From a virus (taxonomy: Duplodnaviria > Caudoviricetes), in IMG/VR virus record IMGVR_UViG_3300049171_000188, positions 1-34,649 of that record: a DNA stretch of 34,649 nt. One strand, given 5' to 3'. The first letter of the stretch is position 1. Every line of letters starts with the position of its first letter. The position numbers and the translations under genes are program-made. The notes under the pieces are model-generated. The model was not told the origin of the DNA and searched no databases. It worked only from the letters and a program-made list of their open reading frames with translations. Below, piece after piece: positions 27,569-34,649 of this stretch.

Positions 27569-28728
27569 GCGGCCTTTCGGAGACGCTCTACAGCCATCTC
27601 GAAGTAGGCCTCATCACGTTCGATGCCGATGAACCGGAACCCTTCAGCCAATGCAGCCAAGCCGGTGGTGCCACTGCCCATGAATGGATCAAGCACCACG
27701 CCACCAACTGGCGTCACCAGTCGGCACAGGTAGCGCATCAGCCGGATAGGCTTGACCGTTGGATGTTGGTTGCCGTCGCCTCGCTCTGACCGCGATGGTT
27801 TGGCGCAGTAAAAGAACCGTGCTGCGGAGCCGCCGTCATCGTCATGGCCATAGGAGGTATGCGCACGGGATGCGCCAGCAAGGGAACCGCTCTGGTGGTC
27901 ACGATTGTTGCGAGGCTTATTGCTGCTCGGGCCGGTGACGGGAAATCCTGACAGCACCTCATCGCTGCCATCGTGGATCAAGTTCGCTGGCCAGCGGCCT
28001 TCGGCGGAACGCGCGACTGCGTTGGTCGGCATACCAGCGACACTCATGTTGAGAGAGTTCCCGCCAGCCTTATTTCCAGCCGGAGGGTTGATGCGCTGTT
28101 CAGTTCCCACGCGGCAAGCGTCGATGTTCAGCGCCGCTGTCCCGTGCGCGAGCACGTTGCTGGCCACAGTCCCGCTGAAAGGCTTCCGGGCCATGACGAT
28201 AGGCTCGTGGGCTGGCTTCAGGGCGGTTTCCCAGCCCTGCCATGCGTCAGCCTCGCGAGTGACAGCCACGTCACTGGTGACCGGCCAATCATCCACGTTG
28301 ACCGTCTGCGCATTGTGCTGTCGTTTAAGCTGCTGATAGCCGAGACGCGGGTGCATCCCGACGATCTCGCGCTTTGCGCCAAGGGTCTTATCGATTGCCC
28401 GGCTGACATCGTGGCTCTTGGGGAAGCCGCTGCCATAGACCCACATGATCTGGTCACGAATGTCGAATCCGCCATCCTCGATCTGGCAGACACCACGGTG
28501 GTAAGTGCGGCTGCCGAAGAAGGCCAACATGTGCGCGCCGGGCTTCAGGCTGGCATTGACGAGGGTCCACAGGTCAGCCTGTGGCACATCGTAATCCCAA
28601 GCCTTGGACATAAATGACAGGCCGTAAGGCGGGTCGGTGACACAAGCATCAATAGCGGTCAGTTGAGGCAGTATGTCAGCGCTATCGCCGCAATAGAGAG
28701 TGGCGTTGCCAATGGTAACCGACTTCAC
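27565..28728 (-). CDS. Orphan DNA methyltransferase (N6-A/N4-C, beta class)
   Basis: DPPY before HPTVKP and VLDPFMGSGTT. Confidence 0.92.
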   Translation of the reverse strand: MKSVTIGNATLYCGDSADILPQLTAIDACVTDPPYGLSFMSKAWDYDVPQADLWTLVNASLKPGAHMLAFFGSRTYHRGVCQIEDGGFDIRDQIMWVYGSGFPKSHDVSRAIDKTLGAKREIVGMHPRLGYQQLKRQHNAQTVNVDDWPVTSDVAVTREADAWQGWETALKPAHEPIVMARKPFSGTVASNVLAHGTAALNIDACRVGTEQRINPPAGNKAGGNSLNMSVAGMPTNAVARSAEGRWPANLIHDGSDEVLSGFPVTGPSSNKPRNNRDHQSGSLAGASRAHTSYGHDDDGGSAARFFYCAKPSRSERGDGNQHPTVKPIRLMRYLCRLVTPVGGVVLDPFMGSGTTGLAALAEGFRFIGIERDEAYFEMAVERLRKAA

Positions 28729-28931
28729 AGCGCAGCGCCTCCCGGCAGGCCCGGCAGGACACCACCAGCACCATGGGCACGCATGTAATGAACAGCGAAG
28801 TAGCTGGTCAGCCTGTCAGCCAGCGCCGTCAGACGATCTCGCGTATAAGCGCCATCGTTGTGCTTTTCCCAGTTGGCGAGCCCCTCAAATAGGATTTTGA
28901 TGACATCGTTCTGGTCAGGTGGTGGCGTCAT
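28725..28931 (-). CDS. Hypothetical protein
   Basis: Start re-assigned to ATG 28931 (MTPPPDQND...), ATGA coupling. Confidence 0.5.
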   Translation of the reverse strand: MTPPPDQNDVIKILFEGLANWEKHNDGAYTRDRLTALADRLTSYFAVHYMRAHGAGGVLPGLPGGAAL

Positions 28932-29131
28932 TTTCCCACCGCCTTCCGGACCTGATAGCCAAGCAGGCCAACGAGGGAGGCGGCAGCGACGTAGCAGGTG
29001 CCAGCGGTGAAGATCAGGGCGACATCCATCAATGTGGGTGTCAGCGCTGTCAGGCTCTGAATGCTGGTGCCTGCTATGAGCAGGACATCGATGGCAAGCA
29101 CTGCCTGAACCGTGTCTAGGACCGCCTTCAT
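28928..29131 (-). CDS. Small two-TM membrane protein
   Basis: Start ATG 29131 (MKAVLDTV...), ATGA coupling; hydrophobic. Confidence 0.55.
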   Translation of the reverse strand: MKAVLDTVQAVLAIDVLLIAGTSIQSLTALTPTLMDVALIFTAGTCYVAAASLVGLLGYQVRKAVGK

Positions 29132-29370
29132 AGTTGCACCACAGTGAAATCTTGGCAATCGAACAGGCGATTAAGACGGGCGGCGCAAACTTCGGCGTGA
29201 CCGCGCGTCGTGTAATCCATTCGATAATAGCGGGGCTTGGTCGTTGTTTCGTAGACCTGCCTGACAGCCACGCGGTCGCCTCGATAGACAACCGTGTAGC
29301 TGGCAAGGGCCCGCGTCACCTCGATTGCGGGGTCATCAATGCTGATGATGACATTTCGTTTTCTTGTCAT
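29128..29370 (-). CDS. Hypothetical protein
   Basis: ATG 29370 is 4 nt after motif; ends ARLNRLFDCQDFTVV. Confidence 0.65.
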   Translation of the reverse strand: MTRKRNVIISIDDPAIEVTRALASYTVVYRGDRVAVRQVYETTTKPRYYRMDYTTRGHAEVCAARLNRLFDCQDFTVVQL

Positions 29371-29374
29371 CATC

Positions 29375-29381
29375 TATTTAT
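29375..29381 (-). promoter_or_regulatory. ATAAATA late-promoter-like motif
   Basis: Part of a 23-nt near-identical repeat with 25734-25756. Confidence 0.75.
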
Positions 29382-29389
29382 CTAGGGAA

Positions 29390-29998
29390 TTAGATAACGT
29401 TCTTCCAAGTCCTGCGGCACTTGATGGCGCTAATGACAGACGGATCGACATTGTAGTTAGGAGCCAAATCGACCGGTCGCTCGCCTGCGCTCAACCTAGA
29501 CCTAATCTCGCGGACTATTTCTGGATTAAGCTTAACATTGCTGTTGTTCTGACCTTGCTGCTCATCAGTGGCCCAACGGATGTTTTGATAATCGTAATTA
29601 CCGTCATTGTTGATGCGGTCCAGACTGAGACCGGCCTCGTATCCATTTGCCAGAGACCATGTCCGGAAGGTTTGGTATTCGCCAAGGCGGCATTCAATTC
29701 CGCGCTCGCCGTATCGGGGCCAGCTTGGGTGATTAGGGTTCGAGCACCGCTGACGGGCGTTGGTCCACACCCGGTAGAGGGTAGCCCTTTCGTCTCGAAA
29801 GCGCCGTGGTCGCGGCCCCTTCCTGCCACAACCGCAAGACTTGGTATGACCAGCCCTCAAGTTATTGGCGATGACTTCAGTGCGATTGCCGCAGTCACAC
29901 TGACAATGCCAGACGCGTTTACCGTTCCTGCGAACCGGGTTCAATTCTATCACTACGAGTTGGCCGTATCGCTGGCCTGCGCTGATTGTTTTCTCCAT
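29390..29998 (-). CDS. HNH homing-endonuclease-like protein with C-terminal HTH
   Basis: WHCQCDCGN, TKSCGC, YGERGI, SLDRINNDGNY and NIRWAT motifs; start re-assigned to ATG 29998. Confidence 0.85.
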   Translation of the reverse strand: MEKTISAGQRYGQLVVIELNPVRRNGKRVWHCQCDCGNRTEVIANNLRAGHTKSCGCGRKGPRPRRFRDERATLYRVWTNARQRCSNPNHPSWPRYGERGIECRLGEYQTFRTWSLANGYEAGLSLDRINNDGNYDYQNIRWATDEQQGQNNSNVKLNPEIVREIRSRLSAGERPVDLAPNYNVDPSVISAIKCRRTWKNVI

Positions 29999-30003
29999 AG
30001 CAA

Positions 30004-30010
30004 TATTTAT
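30004..30010 (-). promoter_or_regulatory. ATAAATA motif with hairpin over start codon
   Basis: 5 nt before ATG 29998; CATAGC 29996-30001 pairs with GCTATG 30017-30022. Confidence 0.75.
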
Positions 30011-30057
30011 CGTAAAGCTATGCAAAGCCCCGTTTTAAGGGTCAATTCTTGCAGTTT

Positions 30058-32637
30058 TTAGGCGAGTTGCACTGTATGAGTCCCTACAGGGAGCGTGAGC
30101 CCGCTGATGGTGATGTCTGTAGTGAAGGGTCCGCTACCGTTTACCTCGATAGAGGTGATCGCAAATGAAGTGCCGTTAACGACCAAGGATGAGGCTTCAG
30201 CCAGCGCAGCGGCGTGGTCACCTGCAAGCATGACGAAACTTTCACCCTCGCCCGAGTTCACCACGATTGCGTCAGTGGTCGCGCCCGTCACCAGCGTGCC
30301 GGACAGTGTGCCGCCGCTGCCACCAATTTCTGTGTCGATGGTGCTGCCAGACCGGATGTAGCCGATGAACGCACCACCAAACATGCTCACTGCTGTCAGG
30401 GTGGCCTGTGGGTAGGCGACACCGTTGACCTTAGCCGATGACAGCACTGCGAAATGATCCGAGGCGAGGCAGATGGCCTCGATCAAATACCATGCCGTCG
30501 AACTGATCTTGGTCAGCGCGGGTAGCGTGCCTTTCCACCCGCTAGCGAAGGTCGCTGTTCGAGCCGTGCTGCTGTTGCCCTTCAGCAGTAACGTCCGGCG
30601 GGTTCCCACGATACCGTTGGTGGGAGTGCCAATCGTTCGGTTCGCAGTCAGGGTAACTTCGCTGTTGCGGAAGGCGGTCCAGTTGACCGCTACAGTGCTG
30701 GCGTCGGTCAACGTCACAAGAGCGGCAGCATCGCGCTGCAAGGCGGGCGTGACAAAGCCTGTGCCGGTTTCCGCCCGAATGTCAGCGACGGTCGCTGCGA
30801 CACCGGCAGGAGCCGCCCACGTGCCATCTGCGCGCAAGAAGTTCGCAGCCCCGCCGCCACTGGCAGGTGCAAGCCCGGCAGCCCCGCTGGTGACCGTGGC
30901 GAGCCCGGCCTTGGCGTTAAGAGCCGCCTGTAGGTCAGTCTGATCGGCTAGCGTGCCGGAGATCGCACCCCACGTGGCATCATCGGCCGGTGTCACCCAT
31001 TCGAGCCCGGTGGCGGCAGAATTGACCTGCAAGATTTTCGAGCCGTTGCCAGTGTAGGTCAGGCCCGCGAAGTCGGTCAGTTGGCTGTCGAGTGGCTGAT
31101 AGGCGGTGTCGTGATTGTGGCTGACATCGGCCTTCAGGTTCAGTGCCGTCTGCACAGCGGTGCTGACAGGCTTGGCAGCATCGCTGGTGTTATCGACGTT
31201 GGATAGGCCCACGTTGGCCTTGGTCAGGGTCACGACCCCTGTCAGCCCATTGACGCTCGTGACCGCGTCCGTTGGCGTCAGGAGTTCGGACCAGTCCGCT
31301 ACAGTGCCGGTGGTGCCGCCGTTGTGAGCGAAGGTCTTCTTCAGGTCCGAGCGAATGGCAACGTCACCAGACTGCGCAGTCAGGGCCAACATCGCAGCCT
31401 GTGAGGCCACCGTGTTGACTTCGGTTAAGGCGAGGCCGGGAAGCTGGCTCGTGGGAATCTTGCCAGCGGTCAGGGTCGCATAGTCACCCGCTGGCTGTTT
31501 TCCATCGAGCAAGGCCTGCAAACCAGTGACGGACGAAATATCGTGGCTGTGTCCACTGACAGCAAACGCGCTGGCATGAACCCCATCGAGAGTGTCGGCA
31601 TCGAGCCCCGAGGAAGCACCGTCTACGGTCAGGAGCTTGTTCAGGATCGTGGCAGCGGTCTCATCACCAGAGTTCGTGCCGGTCAGCCCGAGGTCGGTCT
31701 TGAGCGTGGCCAGCGTCTGAACTTCCGGAGCACCTGTGGCCGCCGTCTTGCGATAGAAGACGGTGCCGGTGGCGACACTGGCCATGCGGGCAAGCGTGAT
31801 ATGTCCGGCGTTGACGTTTGCCGACAGCGCAACATTGGCAGTGCCGTTGAAGTTGATCCCGGCAGCCGTGATGCCACCCGTGATCGAGATGGCACGAGCC
31901 GTCTGGAGCGCGGTGGCGGTCCCGGCATTGCCAGTGATAGTGGTTTGGTCCCCGGTGTTGGTGCCCGAAAGGTTGGTGCCCGTGACGGTGCCGTTGGCGA
32001 GAATGTTTCCTTCAACCTGAAGCTTCTGCGTCGGATTGGTGGTGCCAACACCTGCGTTGCCGTTGCGCAGACACAGGATGTCAGTGCCAGCTACACTCAG
32101 CCGTAGGTTGTTGATGCTGCCGGACCCGGCCGTGATCGTGGCATCGTGGACACCACTGCGATACAAGCGCAACTGAGAGACACCGGCCGCGCCGTCTATC
32201 AAGACAACGGCAGACGAGGTGTCGGATTTGACGTGAAGTTGCGCGTTGCCGAAGGGGCCGATGTTGCCATTGTGGACGGTGACCGCATTGGCCGTGGCGG
32301 TGCCGGTAAACACCGGGCTGGCGGACGGGGCCTTCGTCGCAAGTGCAGACACGAGGTCAGTCTGGTCGCTGATGTCGCCGCCGATGCCACCCCACGTGGG
32401 CAGCCCACCAAACTCTGACAGCCACTCTTGCGGGGTTCCCGAATAGCCGTTTTCGGCTGCTAGATCATAGGCGGACTTCCCGTCCCTGCCCGGACTGCCA
32501 GAGGATGTCAGGCGAATGACCCCGCGCCCGCCTGATGTCACGCGGATGACCTGACCGGTTTGCTGAACGACCCGGACGATGTTGCGCGGGCTACTGATGG
32601 CGAGCGGGCTGGAAACCCCGACGATACGAATAGTCAT
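30058..32637 (-). CDS. Tail fibre / virion appendage protein
   Basis: 859 aa, Gly/Thr/Ala-rich; DGKSAY..GYSGT..EW, SGLDADTLDG, VTSVNG and VGLSNVDNTSD fibre motifs. Confidence 0.8.
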   Translation of the reverse strand: MTIRIVGVSSPLAISSPRNIVRVVQQTGQVIRVTSGGRGVIRLTSSGSPGRDGKSAYDLAAENGYSGTPQEWLSEFGGLPTWGGIGGDISDQTDLVSALATKAPSASPVFTGTATANAVTVHNGNIGPFGNAQLHVKSDTSSAVVLIDGAAGVSQLRLYRSGVHDATITAGSGSINNLRLSVAGTDILCLRNGNAGVGTTNPTQKLQVEGNILANGTVTGTNLSGTNTGDQTTITGNAGTATALQTARAISITGGITAAGINFNGTANVALSANVNAGHITLARMASVATGTVFYRKTAATGAPEVQTLATLKTDLGLTGTNSGDETAATILNKLLTVDGASSGLDADTLDGVHASAFAVSGHSHDISSVTGLQALLDGKQPAGDYATLTAGKIPTSQLPGLALTEVNTVASQAAMLALTAQSGDVAIRSDLKKTFAHNGGTTGTVADWSELLTPTDAVTSVNGLTGVVTLTKANVGLSNVDNTSDAAKPVSTAVQTALNLKADVSHNHDTAYQPLDSQLTDFAGLTYTGNGSKILQVNSAATGLEWVTPADDATWGAISGTLADQTDLQAALNAKAGLATVTSGAAGLAPASGGGAANFLRADGTWAAPAGVAATVADIRAETGTGFVTPALQRDAAALVTLTDASTVAVNWTAFRNSEVTLTANRTIGTPTNGIVGTRRTLLLKGNSSTARTATFASGWKGTLPALTKISSTAWYLIEAICLASDHFAVLSSAKVNGVAYPQATLTAVSMFGGAFIGYIRSGSTIDTEIGGSGGTLSGTLVTGATTDAIVVNSGEGESFVMLAGDHAAALAEASSLVVNGTSFAITSIEVNGSGPFTTDITISGLTLPVGTHTVQLA

Positions 32638-33047
32638 TATTCGTCAGTTCCATCGTTGAACTTGTGACCGAACAGCGTAATAGTCCCCGATAAAACAACT
32701 GTCGGGTATTCGGGATCGGTCTGGTCAACTATCGCGTAGTTCTTGGGTGTTCGTAGCGGAATGTTGGAGATGTCGGCTGCTGACAACCGCAGTAGCATTC
32801 CGGTCGGATTGCTGACGTTAGGCACGAGTTGCTTGTTAATCGGGGCCGGAACACCGCCGTCGGCAACCGGGATGTTGTCAACAGTTATACCGTCAATCTT
32901 GATGTAGACATCTCGGGTAGAAAGGTCGATTGGCGTGACATCGTCTTCTTCGAAGAACTCGAACTCTTCGATGACGGACCCTTGCGCGTGGACTCGCAGG
33001 TGGACGTTTTGAGCGTCAACTACAGTAATGGTGGTGTTCGTGGTCAT
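32637..33047 (-). CDS. Fibre adaptor (BppU-like) protein
   Basis: TPIDLS motif; TAATG-coupled to the fibre. Confidence 0.55.
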   Translation of the reverse strand: MTTNTTITVVDAQNVHLRVHAQGSVIEEFEFFEEDDVTPIDLSTRDVYIKIDGITVDNIPVADGGVPAPINKQLVPNVSNPTGMLLRLSAADISNIPLRTPKNYAIVDQTDPEYPTVVLSGTITLFGHKFNDGTDE

Positions 33048-33054
33048 ACGCTGA

Positions 33055-33061
33055 TATTTAT
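33055..33061 (-). promoter_or_regulatory. ATAAATA motif in hairpin
   Basis: GCTGATA-TT-TATCAGC at 33050-33065; 7 nt before ATG 33047. Confidence 0.75.
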
Positions 33062-33079
33062 CAGCAGGACCCCGTCAGC

Positions 33080-33352
33080 TTAGTCTTCGCCGATTTCTTG
33101 AACCATGTGGGCGAAGTAGCTCTGCATTAGTTGGAATTCCACGATGTAGGCTTCAGTCGCTGACTCGTAGAACTCGTCTCGGCAACGGCACTGACGCAGG
33201 TGCTCGAACGCCTCGCGCTGTTCGTCTAGCAGTTCGATCCGGCCGTGGCAGACATCCTGATACCAGAGCTTGGCTTCAAGGGTCAGGCCATCTTCATCGT
33301 AGAGGTGTTCAATCATGCCTGTAGTTATTTCAGGAAATAAATTGACCGGCAA
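33080..33352 (-). CDS. Hypothetical acidic protein
   Basis: 90 aa; start uncertain (TTG 33352 or ATG 33316). Confidence 0.5.
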   Translation of the reverse strand: MPVNLFPEITTGMIEHLYDEDGLTLEAKLWYQDVCHGRIELLDEQREAFEHLRQCRCRDEFYESATEAYIVEFQLMQSYFAHMVQEIGED

Positions 33353-33366
33353 ATCACCGCTTTGAT

Positions 33367-33373
33367 ATAAATA
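33367..33373 (+). promoter_or_regulatory. TATAAATA (exact T4 late consensus)
   Basis: Precedes a ~90 nt unit that ends in a strong terminator. Confidence 0.65.
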
Positions 33374-33376
33374 GAA

Positions 33377-33468
33377 ATGACTCCACGGGGCTCTTCATTC
33401 CTGCGCTGTCTTCTCCTGAACTGACCCCCTGCGTTACGGCTATTCCGCAGGGGGTCTTTTTCTTTTTT
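33377..33468 (+). ncRNA. Candidate small antisense RNA (or 15-codon leader ORF)
   Basis: Promoter motif, then terminator whose loop CGGCTATTCC is complementary to 33510-33519. Confidence 0.45.
33423..33468 (+). terminator. Intrinsic terminator
   Basis: GACCCCCTGCG-loop-CGCAGGGGGTC followed by a long T tract. Confidence 0.85.
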
Positions 33469-33489
33469 GACTTCAGGACGGCTAGTTTG

Positions 33490-33496
33490 ATAAATA
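33490..33496 (+). promoter_or_regulatory. ATAAATA motif with structured ~75 nt leader
   Basis: GATAAATA upstream of the 33574 ORF. Confidence 0.7.
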
Positions 33497-33573
33497 TTTC
33501 TAGATTGAAGGAATAGCCGCCTTTGCTCAATCTAATTCACTAAACCTGTGCGGCTGTTCCACGGAGAATAGCC

Positions 33574-34296
33574 ATGTCCACGTTTGAACTAGAGCAAGAG
33601 GCGCTGCGCATCGAGCACGAGACGGCGCTTAAAGTCGTAGTCGAGATGATCCGGGCCAACCCCGATGTTGCCCATCGGATCGCGAGACTGGTTGGTTACG
33701 AGAAGTTCGTTGAGCCGCTCGATGTCTGCCAGCCAATGCCGCTGACATTTCATTACTCGGAATGCTCGATCTCTGACCGGGGGCCGCCAAAGCGTGGAAC
33801 GAAACCGTGCCGAGAGCCGGTGCGCTACAAGGCAGTCATCAACCTGAAGCTACAGGCCAAGACGGTGAAGTCCATTTGGCAGGTCACTGCTGACCTTAGG
33901 ACGCCTGACAAGGCCGCTGCCAAGCTGAACGACCTCTGCAACCCGGCCAAGTGCAAGACCCCCTTCAGTCCGGCTGAACGTCAGTTCGTCGAACAAGCCA
34001 TCGGCGCGGCAGAGGCGGCCGGGTTCCTCATCGGCCTGCCCTACACGAAGCCGCGCGCGCACGGCGGCACCCACTTCGTGAAAGAGCATGCCGTGCTCGT
34101 CAGCCCGGACTTCCGTGAGGCGATGCTGATCTCGTCAGTCAACGACGCCCGCTACAAGCTGACCTTTGCGCCATTCGCCACGTCCTATGCCAACGGACAG
34201 CCGCTCGCCTCCAACTTCGTATTCCAATCACGTGGCATCGCCCGGACCCGCGAATTGAACGAATTCGCCACTGGCCACCACGAGTTGACGAAGTGA
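33574..34296 (+). CDS. Hypothetical protein
   Basis: 240 aa, GGAG SD at 33563-33566, GC-rich third codon positions. Confidence 0.7.
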   Translation: MSTFELEQEALRIEHETALKVVVEMIRANPDVAHRIARLVGYEKFVEPLDVCQPMPLTFHYSECSISDRGPPKRGTKPCREPVRYKAVINLKLQAKTVKSIWQVTADLRTPDKAAAKLNDLCNPAKCKTPFSPAERQFVEQAIGAAEAAGFLIGLPYTKPRAHGGTHFVKEHAVLVSPDFREAMLISSVNDARYKLTFAPFATSYANGQPLASNFVFQSRGIARTRELNEFATGHHELTK

Positions 34297-34300
34297 AGCA

Positions 34301-34370
34301 AGGTGCAATCTCTATCGATACCTTACTAAAGAATCTATTATAGAAATAGTATGGAATAGAGATTGCACCT
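34301..34370. repeat. 15-bp perfect inverted repeat around a 40-nt AT-rich spacer
   Basis: AGGTGCAATCTCTAT at 34301-34315 and ATAGAGATTGCACCT at 34356-34370. Confidence 0.8.
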
Positions 34371-34421
34371 CTTAATGCCGATACCGGCACTACGTGCCGC
34401 GAAACACGTGAAAGGAATTAC

Positions 34422-34649
34422 ATGGAAAACGAACTGATTTTGGAATTGCTTGCTGTCGTGGAAAAACAAGAAAATAGGATTTCCCGGCTCGAACAACTCG
34501 TGGCTGACTTGTCATCAAAAGCACTGCGTGCCGGTGGCAAGCTATACACGTCCACACAGCCGGAGGCCCCTGCAATACCCGATGCGGTGACGAGGAGCCC
34601 GGTTCCGGAGAGCGTGCGAGCCCTGATGGCGAGCCGGGGTTTGACGTGA
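34422..34649 (+). CDS. Hypothetical small coiled-coil protein
   Basis: AAGGA SD; N-terminal heptad pattern. Confidence 0.65.
   Translation: MENELILELLAVVEKQENRISRLEQLVADLSSKALRAGGKLYTSTQPEAPAIPDAVTRSPVPESVRALMASRGLT

Noticed and set aside
29339-30061. 240 aa plus-strand ORF
   Set aside because: Antisense to the HNH endonuclease, which has clear motifs
33377-33468. tRNA
   Set aside because: No cloverleaf, T-loop or CCA end; it is a terminator-containing unit
739-33496. ATAAATA hairpins as integron attC sites or CRISPR repeats
   Set aside because: No GTTRRRY cores, no regular spacing and no integrase or cas gene in the window; the fixed distance to start codons fits a promoter better
33574-34296. 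Candidate for the sigma factor that reads the motif
   Set aside because: No sigma region 2 features recognisable by eye; needs HHpred or structure prediction

Overview
This window is most of the late region of a GC-rich, HK97-type siphophage or prophage, probably from an Alphaproteobacterium (Caulobacter/Brevundimonas-like). The host guess rests on GTA-like tail genes, an RcGTA rcc01079-like head-spike base and a GAAC-N7-GAAC LexA box. The minus strand carries TerS, TerL, portal, prohead protease, major capsid, head-tail joining genes, tail tube, a G/GT chaperone with a -1 frameshift, tape measure, tail tip genes and a J-like hub. Outlying modules include putative lysis genes, inverted tail-tip genes, a head-spike module, membrane morons, small paralogous ORFs, a packaging HNH, a DNA methyltransferase, an HNH endonuclease and a tail fibre. 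The main unexplained structure is regulatory. A heptamer ATAAATA (usually GATAAATA, resembling the T4 late promoter TATAAATA) precedes about 20 transcription units on both strands, typically 4-8 nt before the start codon, which implies leaderless mRNAs. It often lies in the loop of a hairpin whose upstream arm pairs with the start codon or Shine-Dalgarno sequence. A candidate small antisense RNA and leader switch lies at 33367-33576. All calls are by eye from the sequence and ORF track; no searches were run.
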